DNA of 63,946 nt, from NCBI GenBank assembly GCA_902779265.1, contig CACZAY010000006.1, positions 1-63,946 of the forward strand. Direction: 5' to 3'. This document shows, piece after piece, positions 27,502 through 37,034 of this stretch. Source of the DNA: an uncultured Bacteroidales bacterium (GTDB lineage: Bacteria > Bacteroidota > Bacteroidia > Bacteroidales > UBA3663). The number at the start of each line of letters is the position of its first letter. Position 1 is the stretch's first letter. The position numbers and the translations under genes were made by a program. The notes beneath the pieces are model-generated. The model did no database searches, was not told where the DNA came from, and saw only the letters and a list, made by a program, of their open reading frames with translations.

Positions 27502-28796
27502 TTAGAATACGCCCTGAGCCATCATAGCCTTGGCAACCTTCATGAAGCCGGCAACGTTAGCGCCCTTCACGTAGTTGACATAGCCGTCGGCCTCGGTACC
27601 GTACTTCACGCAGTTCTCGTGGATGTTCTCCATGATCCAGAGCAACTTGGCGTCAACCTCCTCAGAAGTCCATGCGAGACGCTCTGAGTTCTGGGTCATC
27701 TCAAGACCTGATACCGATACACCACCAGCGTTAGAGGCCTTACCTGGAGAGTAGAGGATCTTGGCATCCTGGAACACCTTGATGGCGGCAGGAGTGGTAG
27801 GCATGTTGGCACCCTCGGCAACGGCGATAACACCATTGGCAACAAGAGCCTTGGCAGCCTCCTCGTTCAACTCGTTCTGGGTAGCGCAAGGCAGGGCGAT
27901 GTCAGCCTTCTCGAACCAAGGCTTCTGACCAGCTACATACTTAGCCTTTGGATACTGGTCAACATACTCCTTGATACGGCCACGCTGAACCTGCTTCAGG
28001 TCGAAGATGTAGTCCAACTTAGCGCGATCGATGCCATCTGGATCATAGATGTAGCCGTCTGAGTCAGACATGGTCATTGGGATACCACCCAACTGGAGAA
28101 CCTTCTCGGCAGCATACTGTGCAACGTTACCTGCACCAGAGATGAGCACCTTCTTGCCCTTGATCTCCTGACCCTTGGTGCGGAGCATAGCGCGGAGGAA
28201 GTAAACTGTGCCGTAGCCAGTAGCCTCAGGACGGATGAGTGAACCACCGAACTCGATGCCCTTGCCGGTGAGGACGCCCTGATACTGACGGGTGTACTTC
28301 TTGTAGGCACCGAACATGTAGCCAACCTCGCGGCCACCTACGCCGATGTCACCTGCTGGAACGTCGCAGTCAGGACCGATGTGGCGGGTCAACTCAAGCA
28401 TGAAAGCCTGGCAGAAACGCATAACCTCGGCGCTGCTCTTGCCACGTGGCGAGAAGTCAGAACCACCCTTGGCACCACCCATTGGCAGTGTGGTCAGAGA
28501 GTTCTTGAAAGTCTGCTCGAATGCGAGGAACTTCAGGATACCCAGGTTGACCGACTTGTGGAAACGGATACCACCTTTGTAGGGGCCAATGGCATTGTTG
28601 TGCTGGATGCGGTAGCCCATGTTGGTCTGGATATTGCCGTTGTCGTCCATCCAGGTAACGCGGAACTGATATACGCGATCCGGAATGCAGAGGCGCTCGA
28701 TCAGGTTGACCCGAGGACCTCTTCTACGGCCTGATGATACTCTGGCTCGTTAGGGAATCTGAGCTTAAGATTCTCAAGAACTTTCTTTGCGTCCAT
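27502..28796 (-). pseudogene. gdhA: NADP-specific glutamate dehydrogenase, disrupted near codon 32 (internal deletion plus frameshift)
   Basis: The N-terminal piece MDAKKVLENLKLRFPNEPEYHQAVEEVLGST* (28701-28796) and the body ..NLIERLCIPDRVYQFRVTWMDDNGN.. (down to 27502) are in different frames. About 15 conserved residues between them are missing. Confidence 0.8.
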
Positions 28797-28860
28797 TTTT
28801 GAACTGGTTTTTAGGATTATAAATAAGTGAATTATTTGTATTGTTTTCTGATTCGCGGCG

Positions 28861-28868
28861 CAAAGGTA
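28861..28868 (-). promoter_or_regulatory. -7 promoter box (TAccTTTG) for gdhA
   Basis: The reverse complement of caaaggta matches TAnnTTTG, about 65 nt upstream of the ATG at 28796. Confidence 0.45.
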
Positions 28869-29198
28869 GAGAAAAGAAATAATATGGCCAAATAATTTTA
28901 ACAAAAAATCACCAAAAGCCCGTTTTTTTTGGAATAAAGTTCAATTTTATGCGCTTTTTAATCAAAATGTAAGTATTTTCGTTAAAAAGTGGCAACATTC
29001 TTTTTCGTTGATAACTCCCCGGCGCCCATTTTCCGCGTTTTTTCCATTTTTTTTGGCCAATGGGAACGCCGACGACACGGAAAAATCCATTGGCCAACAA
29101 AATCGATTTCCATTGATTTCAATTCATGGAGGAAAAAAATCGCACACTCCGCGAGACAACTCCATCGGCCATAATTTGGAAAATTCGTGGAATGTCCC

Positions 29199-29206
29199 TA
29201 TCTTTG
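29199..29206 (+). promoter_or_regulatory. -7 promoter box (TAtcTTTG) for polA
   Basis: tatctttg lies 25 nt upstream of the ATG at 29231. Confidence 0.5.
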
Positions 29207-29230
29207 TGCCGCAATAAACGCAACTTCCCC

Positions 29231-32146
29231 ATGAAACAGCTTTTTCTGCTCGATGCCTACGCATTGATTTACCGCGCCTACTACGGCTTCATCAGCAAGC
29301 CGCTCGTCAACAGCAAAGGAATGAACACAGGTGCCATCTACGGCTTCGTCAAGACCCTTCAGGACGTGCTGGGCGGCCAACGGATGCCGGGATTTGACAC
29401 GCCGCTCAAGCCCGAATGTATCGCCGTCTGCTTCGACCCGAAGGGCGGCACCTTCCGCCACAAGGAGTTCCCGACCTACAAGGCACAGCGCGAGGCGCAG
29501 CCCGAAGACATCACCGTGGCCGTGCCGTGGATCAAGCGCATCATCGAGGCATACCGCATCCCGATCTTCGAGGTCGCCAACTACGAGGCCGACGATGTGG
29601 TCGGAACGCTGGCGAGGTTGGCCGATGAGACGGGCGAATACGACACCTTCCTGATGTCGCCCGACAAGGACTATGCCCAGCTCGTGACGGAGCGCAGCCG
29701 CATCTTCAAGCCGAAGAGCTTCGGGCCTGGATATGAGGTGCTCGATGTGCAGGCGGTGCTCGACAAATACGGCCTCCAGACCACTGCGCAGGTCATCGAC
29801 ATGCTGGGTCTGCAGGGCGATTCGGCCGACAACATTCCGGGCTGTCCGGGCGTCGGCCCCAAGACGGCGCAACAGATGATTGCCGCCTTCGGAAGCGTCG
29901 AGGAGATGCTGCGCCGCGTGGAGGAGGCATCGGCCGACGGGAAAAACGAGCTGCCCGAACTGAAGAAGGCGACGTTTGCCAAGGTGTTGGCCAATGCACA
30001 GCAGATACGCGACTCGAAATATCTGGCGACGATATGCCGCGAGGTGCCGGGCGTGATGCTCGACGGCGACGCGCTACGGGTGCAGGAGCCGGACACCGAC
30101 GAGCTGTACCGCATCTTCGACGAACTGGAGTTCCGCCAGCTGCGCGACAAGCTGCGTCCGGCTGGGGCATCGGCCAACGAGAAAAAGCCATCGGCCAAAA
30201 AAAGCACGGCGGACGACGGAACGGCATCGGCCAATGAGACCCCGACCGAGACCGAACCGCTCAAGACTTTGGCCGATGTGGAGCACCGCTACGTGATTTG
30301 CGACACGCCGCAGAAGCGCGCCGAGATGGTCAACCAGCTGCTGTTTGAGGCGGCCTATGCCTTCGACACCGAGACGACCTCGACCCACGTGATGGAGGCC
30401 GAACTGGTGGGCGTATCGTTCGCCATCGGACAACACCGCGCGTGGTACGTGCCCATTCCGGCCGACCGCGAGGCCGCTATGCGGATTCTGGAGGAGCTGC
30501 GTCCGCTGCTGGACAACGACGCCGCGCTGAAGGTGGCGCAGAACCTGAAGTACGACTACTCCATCTTGAAACGCTACGGCGTGGAGGTGGCCGACCCCTG
30601 TTTCGACACGATGATTGCGCACTACCTGCTCGAACCCGAACAGCCGCACAACATGGACTATCTGAGCGAAATCTACCTGAAATACAGGCCGATACCGACC
30701 AGCGACCTCATCGACACGGGCAAGAAGAGCGCGCCGAAAGTCATCGTCGAAGACCTCTTTGCCATGGCCGAGGCCGACAACGAACCATCGGACACAAAAC
30801 CCAAGTCGATGCGCGACGTGGCGGTCGATGCCGTGGCCGAATACTGCTGCGAGGACAGCGACGTGACGTTCCAGCTCTGGGAGGTGTTGCGGCCGATGCT
30901 CGAAGCCGAAAAGATGACAAGCCTGATGGACGACATCGAGATGCCACTTGTCAAGGTATTGGCCGACATGGAACTGACGGGCGTAAGGCTCGACACGGCT
31001 GCACTACGCGAGTCGGAAAGCATCCTGAACGACGAACTGAAACGGCTGGACGGGAAGTTGGCCGATGCCATTGGCCATCCACTCAACCCGCTGTCGCCCA
31101 AGGCCGTAGCCACTGTGCTCTACGACGAACTGAAGCTCGACCCGAAGTCCAAGTCGCGTAGCACGGCCGAGGAAATCCTGCAACAGCTGAAGGGCAAGGT
31201 GGCCGACAAGCCGGAGAGCGTCGCCATCATCGACGACATCCTCTCCTACCGCGGCATCCGCAAGCTGCTCTCGACCTACATCGAGTCGCTGCCATCGGAC
31301 ATAAACCCGACCACGGGACGCATCCACGCGCAGTTCAACCAGACGGTGACGGCCACCGGCCGCCTCTCGTCGTCGAACCCGAACCTGCAGAACATCCCGA
31401 TCCGCGACGAGATGGGCCGCGAACTGCGCAAGGCTTTCATCCCCGACGAGGGCGAAGTCTTCTTCAGCGCCGACTACAGCCAGATTGAGCTGCGTCTGAT
31501 GGCGCACCTCTCGCAAGACCCGAACATGGTCGAGGCTTTCCTCTCGGGCGACGACATCCACCGCGCCACGGCCGCCAAGATCTACCACCTGCCATTGGAC
31601 GAGGTCACCAAACTGCAGCGCACCAAGGCCAAGACGGCCAACTTCGGCATCATCTACGGCATCTCGACCTTCGGATTGGCCTCTCGCCTCAACATCCCGC
31701 GCGGCGAGGCCAAGGAACTGATTGACGGCTACTTCGCGACCTACCCGAAGGTGAAGGAATATATGGACAAGAGCATCGAGGCAGCGCGCGAAAAGGGCTA
31801 CGTGACTACGCTCTTCGGCCGCAAACGCCTGCTGCCCGACATCCATTCGGCCAATGCCACCGTGCGCGGATATGCCGAGCGCAACGCCATCAATGCGCCC
31901 ATCCAGGGCACTGCGGCCGACATCATCAAGATTGCCATGGTGCACATCGCACGGCGCATCCGCCGCGAGGGTCTGCACGCCAAACTGCTCATCCAGGTAC
32001 ACGACGAACTGAACTTCTCGGTGCCATCGGCCGAACTGCCCCAACTTCAGCGTCTCGTGCTTGAGGAGATGGCCAATGCAGCCCACCTCACCGTGCCCCT
32101 CATCGCCGACTGCGGCAGCGGCGAGAACTGGCTGGTGGCACATTAA
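29231..32146 (+). CDS. polA: DNA polymerase I
   Basis: 5'-nuclease N-terminus MKQLFLLDAYALIYRAYYGF..; 3'-5' exonuclease region; polymerase motifs ..DYSQIELRLMAHLS.., ..RTKAKTANFGIIYG.., ..QVHDELNF... Confidence 0.95.
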   Translation: MKQLFLLDAYALIYRAYYGFISKPLVNSKGMNTGAIYGFVKTLQDVLGGQRMPGFDTPLKPECIAVCFDPKGGTFRHKEFPTYKAQREAQPEDITVAVPWIKRIIEAYRIPIFEVANYEADDVVGTLARLADETGEYDTFLMSPDKDYAQLVTERSRIFKPKSFGPGYEVLDVQAVLDKYGLQTTAQVIDMLGLQGDSADNIPGCPGVGPKTAQQMIAAFGSVEEMLRRVEEASADGKNELPELKKATFAKVLANAQQIRDSKYLATICREVPGVMLDGDALRVQEPDTDELYRIFDELEFRQLRDKLRPAGASANEKKPSAKKSTADDGTASANETPTETEPLKTLADVEHRYVICDTPQKRAEMVNQLLFEAAYAFDTETTSTHVMEAELVGVSFAIGQHRAWYVPIPADREAAMRILEELRPLLDNDAALKVAQNLKYDYSILKRYGVEVADPCFDTMIAHYLLEPEQPHNMDYLSEIYLKYRPIPTSDLIDTGKKSAPKVIVEDLFAMAEADNEPSDTKPKSMRDVAVDAVAEYCCEDSDVTFQLWEVLRPMLEAEKMTSLMDDIEMPLVKVLADMELTGVRLDTAALRESESILNDELKRLDGKLADAIGHPLNPLSPKAVATVLYDELKLDPKSKSRSTAEEILQQLKGKVADKPESVAIIDDILSYRGIRKLLSTYIESLPSDINPTTGRIHAQFNQTVTATGRLSSSNPNLQNIPIRDEMGRELRKAFIPDEGEVFFSADYSQIELRLMAHLSQDPNMVEAFLSGDDIHRATAAKIYHLPLDEVTKLQRTKAKTANFGIIYGISTFGLASRLNIPRGEAKELIDGYFATYPKVKEYMDKSIEAAREKGYVTTLFGRKRLLPDIHSANATVRGYAERNAINAPIQGTAADIIKIAMVHIARRIRREGLHAKLLIQVHDELNFSVPSAELPQLQRLVLEEMANAAHLTVPLIADCGSGENWLVAH

Positions 32147-32320
32147 CCCCAAAGGAGTTGAAGTTTTAAACTTCACACAAAATCACAAAAAGCGAAGTTA
32201 GAAACTTCGCCTCCATGCAATCGCAAAAATATCGGTTCACAACATTGTGGACCACAAGTTTGTGAACCGCATAAAAAAACGTCTTATTTCTTAATCCTCA
32301 TTTCACAACTTGCCCCGTCT

Positions 32321-33088
32321 ATGACAGATTCCGAATTCGGCGAAATACAGACACGCACCAACGCTCGCGCACGCGGCTTCACCTTTCGCGTCAGCGAGGG
32401 ACACCTGCTTGTCACCGTGCCGCAGCGGTGGTCTGAAAGGGAATTGGCCGAAAGCATCGAACGGATGCGCCCCAAGCTGCGGAACCTCATGCAGCGCGTC
32501 GCCGCCAAGCCCTACAATCAGGTCGAACGGCGCATTGGCTGGGATTTCCGCATCGAAAGCGAATGTTTCACGTTCCGGCTGAAACCCGATAGCACCCTGC
32601 AAGGCCGACGTTGCCTTTTGAGCAAGGAGCATGGCCACGTCACGCTGTGCTGTCCGCCCGACTTCGACTTCATGGCCGATGGCGCACAGGCATGGCTCGT
32701 CAAGGTCGTTGAAGAACAGGTGCGCAGCTACGCCAAGGGGATGCTGCCCGCGAGGCTCAGGGCATTGGCCAACGAACACCGTCTGCCCGTCGATGCCGTC
32801 CACATCAACTCGGCGCGCGGCCGATGGGGCAGCTGCGTCAAGGATTTGAAACACAAGTCATTGGCAAACACCACAGGCTACCACATCAACATCTCGCTCT
32901 TCGTCCTGCTGCTGCCCGAACGCCTGCAACGCCTCGTCATGCTCCACGAACTGACCCACACGCTCGAGATGAACCACAGCCCACGGTTCCACGCCAAGCT
33001 CGACGCCATGCTGGGCGGCAACGAAGCAACATTGGAAAAGGAACTGAAACGCTTCACGACCGACATCTTCGCCTTCGCCGCGCAGTGA
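32321..33088 (+). CDS. M48-family / YgjP-like (DUF45) metallopeptidase
   Basis: HExxH motif in ..LVMLHELTHTLEMNHSPRFHAKLD... Confidence 0.8.
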   Translation: MTDSEFGEIQTRTNARARGFTFRVSEGHLLVTVPQRWSERELAESIERMRPKLRNLMQRVAAKPYNQVERRIGWDFRIESECFTFRLKPDSTLQGRRCLLSKEHGHVTLCCPPDFDFMADGAQAWLVKVVEEQVRSYAKGMLPARLRALANEHRLPVDAVHINSARGRWGSCVKDLKHKSLANTTGYHINISLFVLLLPERLQRLVMLHELTHTLEMNHSPRFHAKLDAMLGGNEATLEKELKRFTTDIFAFAAQ

Positions 33089-33200
33089 CTTTTCCATCAC
33101 AAAAACTCAAAAAAACGCGCATTTTCGCCCTTATCTGAACTTTTTTCATGGCCAATGGCATTATTTCCGCCAAAAAACTTGTCATCTGGAATATAATACA

Positions 33201-33208
33201 TATCTTTG
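33201..33208 (+). promoter_or_regulatory. -7 promoter box (TAtcTTTG) with an unusually long (~230 nt) leader
   Basis: tatctttg at 33201. The next credible start is the ATG at 33441. Confidence 0.4.
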
Positions 33209-33440
33209 CCCCGACCTATTTGGACAACGACCACACAACGACTCTCTCGTTTGACCCTTGGACATGTATTTTTCCCGTGGAACGTTTCCCCCAAACACCT
33301 CATTCCGAGCCCTTCCAACCGAAGGCATGGGAAAGGGCGTAGAACGGCGCGCAAATAGGACGAATGACCCGCCATACGAAACCAATTAGACTGCTTATTT
33401 TCAAGCACTTATATTAACCATTAAAACCAACTATCAAATC

Positions 33441-33890
33441 ATGAAAATGAACAAGTTCCTTACGCTGGCTATGGCAATGCTGATGTCCGTAGCAGGTTTC
33501 ACGGCATGCGGCGACGATGATGACGACCCGGCCGAGACCATCGATGCACTCGTCAACGGAAAGGCATCGGCCGAAATCACCGAAGAAGGCAACACCGCGA
33601 CGCTGAAGATCACACTGCCGGGCGCCTACACCGCAACGCATGTGGCCCAGTTCAATGCGCAGAACATCTGCACCAGCTATGTCATCACCACGACGTATGC
33701 AACCTCCACATTGGCCGACATCGCCTGGGATGCCATCAAGGACCAGAACGGCGTGGACAAGCTGATCGTCCGTCGCGACGGCAAGTCAATCATCGTCGAT
33801 TATTCGGAGATGGATGCCTACAAGAACGGCTACATGACCAAAGCGGTCGTCATGGAGATGCTCCAACAGCAGGCAAACGTTGTCAAGTGA
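33441..33890 (+). CDS. hypothetical lipoprotein
   Basis: MKMNKFLTLAMAMLMSVAGFTAC lipobox followed by an Asp-rich linker. Confidence 0.6.
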   Translation: MKMNKFLTLAMAMLMSVAGFTACGDDDDDPAETIDALVNGKASAEITEEGNTATLKITLPGAYTATHVAQFNAQNICTSYVITTTYATSTLADIAWDAIKDQNGVDKLIVRRDGKSIIVDYSEMDAYKNGYMTKAVVMEMLQQQANVVK

Positions 33891-33984
33891 TAAAGACAAA
33901 AAAACATGCGTTGATGCACAAAAACCCCGTGTGGGGTCTGCAAAAACGCATTTCCTCATTTAGTATAAATAAGTTTACATGACG

Positions 33985-34012
33985 GTGCCGGGCGAAAAGC
34001 CCGGCACTTTTT
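33985..34012. terminator. rho-independent terminator between convergent genes
   Basis: GTGCCGGGC gaaaa GCCCGGCAC followed by TTTTT. Confidence 0.7.
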
Positions 34013-34023
34013 GTATAGACGTT

Positions 34024-34167
34024 TCACGCCTTCTGTCCTCCATTTTCCTCCTTCGGCTTCCCCGGGCGCGTGTAGAACTTGACCGAGGATTTCGGACGAG
34101 GTTTGCCGAGGTTGCGTTTCCGCTCCTCATAGGCCGCATACTGACGTTCTAAAAAATTGTCTGCCAT
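34024..34167 (-). CDS. small basic conserved hypothetical protein (47 aa)
   Basis: MADNFLERQYAAYEERKRNLGKPRPKSS.. The internal ATG at 34167 is preferred over the tracked 34230 start. The N-terminal MADNFLE.. motif recalls small Bacteroidales proteins, from memory only. Confidence 0.35.
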   Translation of the reverse strand: MADNFLERQYAAYEERKRNLGKPRPKSSVKFYTRPGKPKEENGGQKA

Positions 34168-34347
34168 GGGAATATCGATTTTTGGCGGCAAAATTACTGC
34201 ATTCTGCACAAAACTCCAAACGCGGCGCAAGAATTGTGGAAAATAAATTGCAAGATTGGCCGAAAATCGCTATTTTTGCGCCCGAACTTTTCACCGGGGC
34301 GGGCTGTTTCATTGGCCAATGTCCCCAAAATAACCCATAAACACAAC

Positions 34348-36936
34348 ATGAAGCACTTCCTCTTCACCATGTTCCTGACGGGCATTTCTGCCCTTGCCAC
34401 AGCCCAGAGCCGCGAACAGCTGCTGCTCGACGGATGGCGTTTTCACAAGGGTGCGGCCAATGGCGCCGAAGCCACCACCTACGACGACAAGGCCTGGCAG
34501 CAGGTCTCGGTGCCGCACGACTGGGCCATCAGCGGGCCGTTCGACAAGGAAATCGACAAACAGGTGGTCGCCATCGAACAGAACGGCGAAAAGGTGCCGA
34601 CCGAAAAGACAGGCCGTTCGGGTTCGCTGCCCTGGATCGGCGAAGGCTGGTACCGCACCGAATTTGAAATCAGCGATTCGTGCGACGTGGCCGAACTCAT
34701 CTTCGACGGCGCAATGGCCGAGCCGCACGTCTATGTCGATGGACGTGAGGTGGGCTTCTGGGCATACGGCTACAACACGTTCCGCATCGGGCTGGGACGC
34801 GCGATGAAGGCCGGACGACACACATTGGCCGTGCACCTGAACAACGTCGAGGAGTCGTCGCGCTGGTATCCGGGAGCCGGCATCTACCGCCCCGTGCGCC
34901 TCGTTGAGCATCCGACGAACTATCTGGACACGTGGGAGACCTTCGCCCGCACTACGCGACTTTCCGGCATCTCGGCCGACGGCACATCGGCCACCGAAGC
35001 CACGCTCTACGTGACCACGCAGGCCATCATCGGCCACGACAGCAAGAACCTCAAGATCTCACAGAGCCTCTACGACGCCGAGGGCAACCTCGTGAAGCGC
35101 TACACCACCAACCTGAACCGTGGCCGCAGCGGCCATCAGGTCATGGCTTTGGCCGATGTGAAGCTCTGGAGCCCCGAACATCCCGTGCTCTACCGCCTCG
35201 TGAGCGAACTGAAGGACGGCGACCGCGTAGTGGACCGTCAGGAGACCGCCGTGGGCATCCGCAGCATCGACTATTCGGCCGACGGATTCCGTCTGAACGG
35301 CCAGTTGCGCAAGTTCAAGGGCGTATGCCTGCACCACGACCTCGGCTCGCTCGGAGCTGCGTTCAACAAGGATGCCTTCCGCCGTCAGGTGCGACTGCTC
35401 AAGGAGATGGGCTGCGACGCCATCCGCACCTCGCACAACATGCCGGCACCGTGGCAGATGGACATCTGCGACGAGATGGGCATGATGGTGATGGCCGAGT
35501 CGTTCGACATGTGGCGTTCGGCCAAGTGCAGGAACGGCTACGCGCGTTTCTTCGACAAGAAGGCCGACGGACAGGGCGAACCCTGGTGGCAACGCGACCT
35601 GACCAACCTCGTCAAGGTGCACCGCAACCACCCGAGCATCGTGATGTGGAGCATCGGCAATGAAATCCCCGAACAGGGCTCGGCCTTCGGCGAGAAGATG
35701 ACGCGCGAGATGCAGACACTCATCCACTCGCTCGACGAGACACGTCCCTGCACGCAGGGTATGGACCGAGGCACATCGGCCATGGCATCGGGCACCTGGC
35801 AGGCAACCGACATCCCGGGCTTCAACTACCGCCTGTTCATCTACGAAGAGGGATTGGCCAACTCGCCGAAGGGCATCGTCTTGGGCAGCGAGACGGCATC
35901 GACCGTATCGAGCCGAGGCGTCTATAAGTTCCCCGTCAAGGAGGAGCACGGCACGGCCTACGACGACGGCCAGATTTCGAGCTACGACCTCGAGTCGTGC
36001 ATCTGGAGCAACCTGCCCGACGACGACTGGATGTATCAGGACAAGTGTCCGTGGGTCATCGGCGAATTCGTCTGGACCGGCTTCGACTATCTGGGCGAAC
36101 CTACGCCCTACGATGAATATTGGCCGTCACGCTCCAGCTATTTCGGCATCTACGACCTCGCCGGCCTGCCCAAAGACCGCATGTGGCTCTACCGCACGCA
36201 CTGGAGGACCGACGAGCCGACGCTCCACCTTCTGCCCCACTGGACATGGCCCGAGCGCAAGGGCGAAGTGACGCCCGTGTTCTGCTACACCAGCTGGCCC
36301 GAGGCCGAACTCTTCGTCAACGGCAAGAGCCAGGGCCGCCGCCGCCACACCGATGTCGATCTGGCCGAATATGAGGCGACGCGCGTGAGCGAGAAGATGC
36401 CTTGGGGCGGACATTCGTGGTTTGCCAATCCATCGGCCACACCGAACCGTCTGGACCGCTACCGCCTGCGCTGGATGGATGTGGCCTACGAACCGGGCGA
36501 AATCCGCGTAGTGGCCTATGATTCAGCCGGCAACGTCGCCGCCACCGAGGTCGTCCGTACCGCAGGCAAGCCGCACCACATCGAGCTTGTGGCCGACCGC
36601 CAGTCGATGCCCGTCACGCCGACCGATGCCCTCGGCCGCGCCCTCGACTGCCCGAGCCTGACGTTCGTCACCGCCCGCATCGTCGATAAGGACGGCAACC
36701 TCTGCCCCGATGCCGACGCGCAGCTCTCGTTTGCCGTAAGTGGGGCATCGGCCAAGTTCAACTCATGCTGCAACGGCGACGCCACCTCGACCGAGGTCTT
36801 CACCACGCCCACGATGCGTGCTTTTCATGGCCAATGCGTCGTCGTCATCGAATCGACCCCGACGGCCGGAACCGCCACGCTCAACGTGACGGGCAAGGGC
36901 CTGAAGAGCGGCAAGGTGACGGTCAATGTGAAGTAA
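34348..36936 (+). CDS. glycoside hydrolase family 2 (beta-galactosidase-like)
   Basis: Signal peptide MKHFLFTMFLTGISALATAQ, then ..LLLDGWRFHKG..WQQVSVPHDWAI.., ..IRTSHNMP.., ..WSIGNEIPE.. (GH2 TIM-barrel acid/base region). Confidence 0.85.
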   Translation: MKHFLFTMFLTGISALATAQSREQLLLDGWRFHKGAANGAEATTYDDKAWQQVSVPHDWAISGPFDKEIDKQVVAIEQNGEKVPTEKTGRSGSLPWIGEGWYRTEFEISDSCDVAELIFDGAMAEPHVYVDGREVGFWAYGYNTFRIGLGRAMKAGRHTLAVHLNNVEESSRWYPGAGIYRPVRLVEHPTNYLDTWETFARTTRLSGISADGTSATEATLYVTTQAIIGHDSKNLKISQSLYDAEGNLVKRYTTNLNRGRSGHQVMALADVKLWSPEHPVLYRLVSELKDGDRVVDRQETAVGIRSIDYSADGFRLNGQLRKFKGVCLHHDLGSLGAAFNKDAFRRQVRLLKEMGCDAIRTSHNMPAPWQMDICDEMGMMVMAESFDMWRSAKCRNGYARFFDKKADGQGEPWWQRDLTNLVKVHRNHPSIVMWSIGNEIPEQGSAFGEKMTREMQTLIHSLDETRPCTQGMDRGTSAMASGTWQATDIPGFNYRLFIYEEGLANSPKGIVLGSETASTVSSRGVYKFPVKEEHGTAYDDGQISSYDLESCIWSNLPDDDWMYQDKCPWVIGEFVWTGFDYLGEPTPYDEYWPSRSSYFGIYDLAGLPKDRMWLYRTHWRTDEPTLHLLPHWTWPERKGEVTPVFCYTSWPEAELFVNGKSQGRRRHTDVDLAEYEATRVSEKMPWGGHSWFANPSATPNRLDRYRLRWMDVAYEPGEIRVVAYDSAGNVAATEVVRTAGKPHHIELVADRQSMPVTPTDALGRALDCPSLTFVTARIVDKDGNLCPDADAQLSFAVSGASAKFNSCCNGDATSTEVFTTPTMRAFHGQCVVVIESTPTAGTATLNVTGKGLKSGKVTVNVK

Positions 36937-36962
36937 GTCCCACTCCCCAACAAGAGACAATA

Positions 36963-37008
36963 ATCCCCGCTGTCGGTGTCAAGCACGCAGACAGCGGGGA
37001 TGTTCTTT
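36963..37008. terminator. hairpin terminator between convergent genes
   Basis: ATCCCCGCTGT .. ACAGCGGGGAT stem followed by a gttcttt stretch. A 12-mer palindrome follows at 37019. Confidence 0.6.
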
Positions 37009-37034
37009 AGGATTGTGTCATTGGCCAATGCCAC

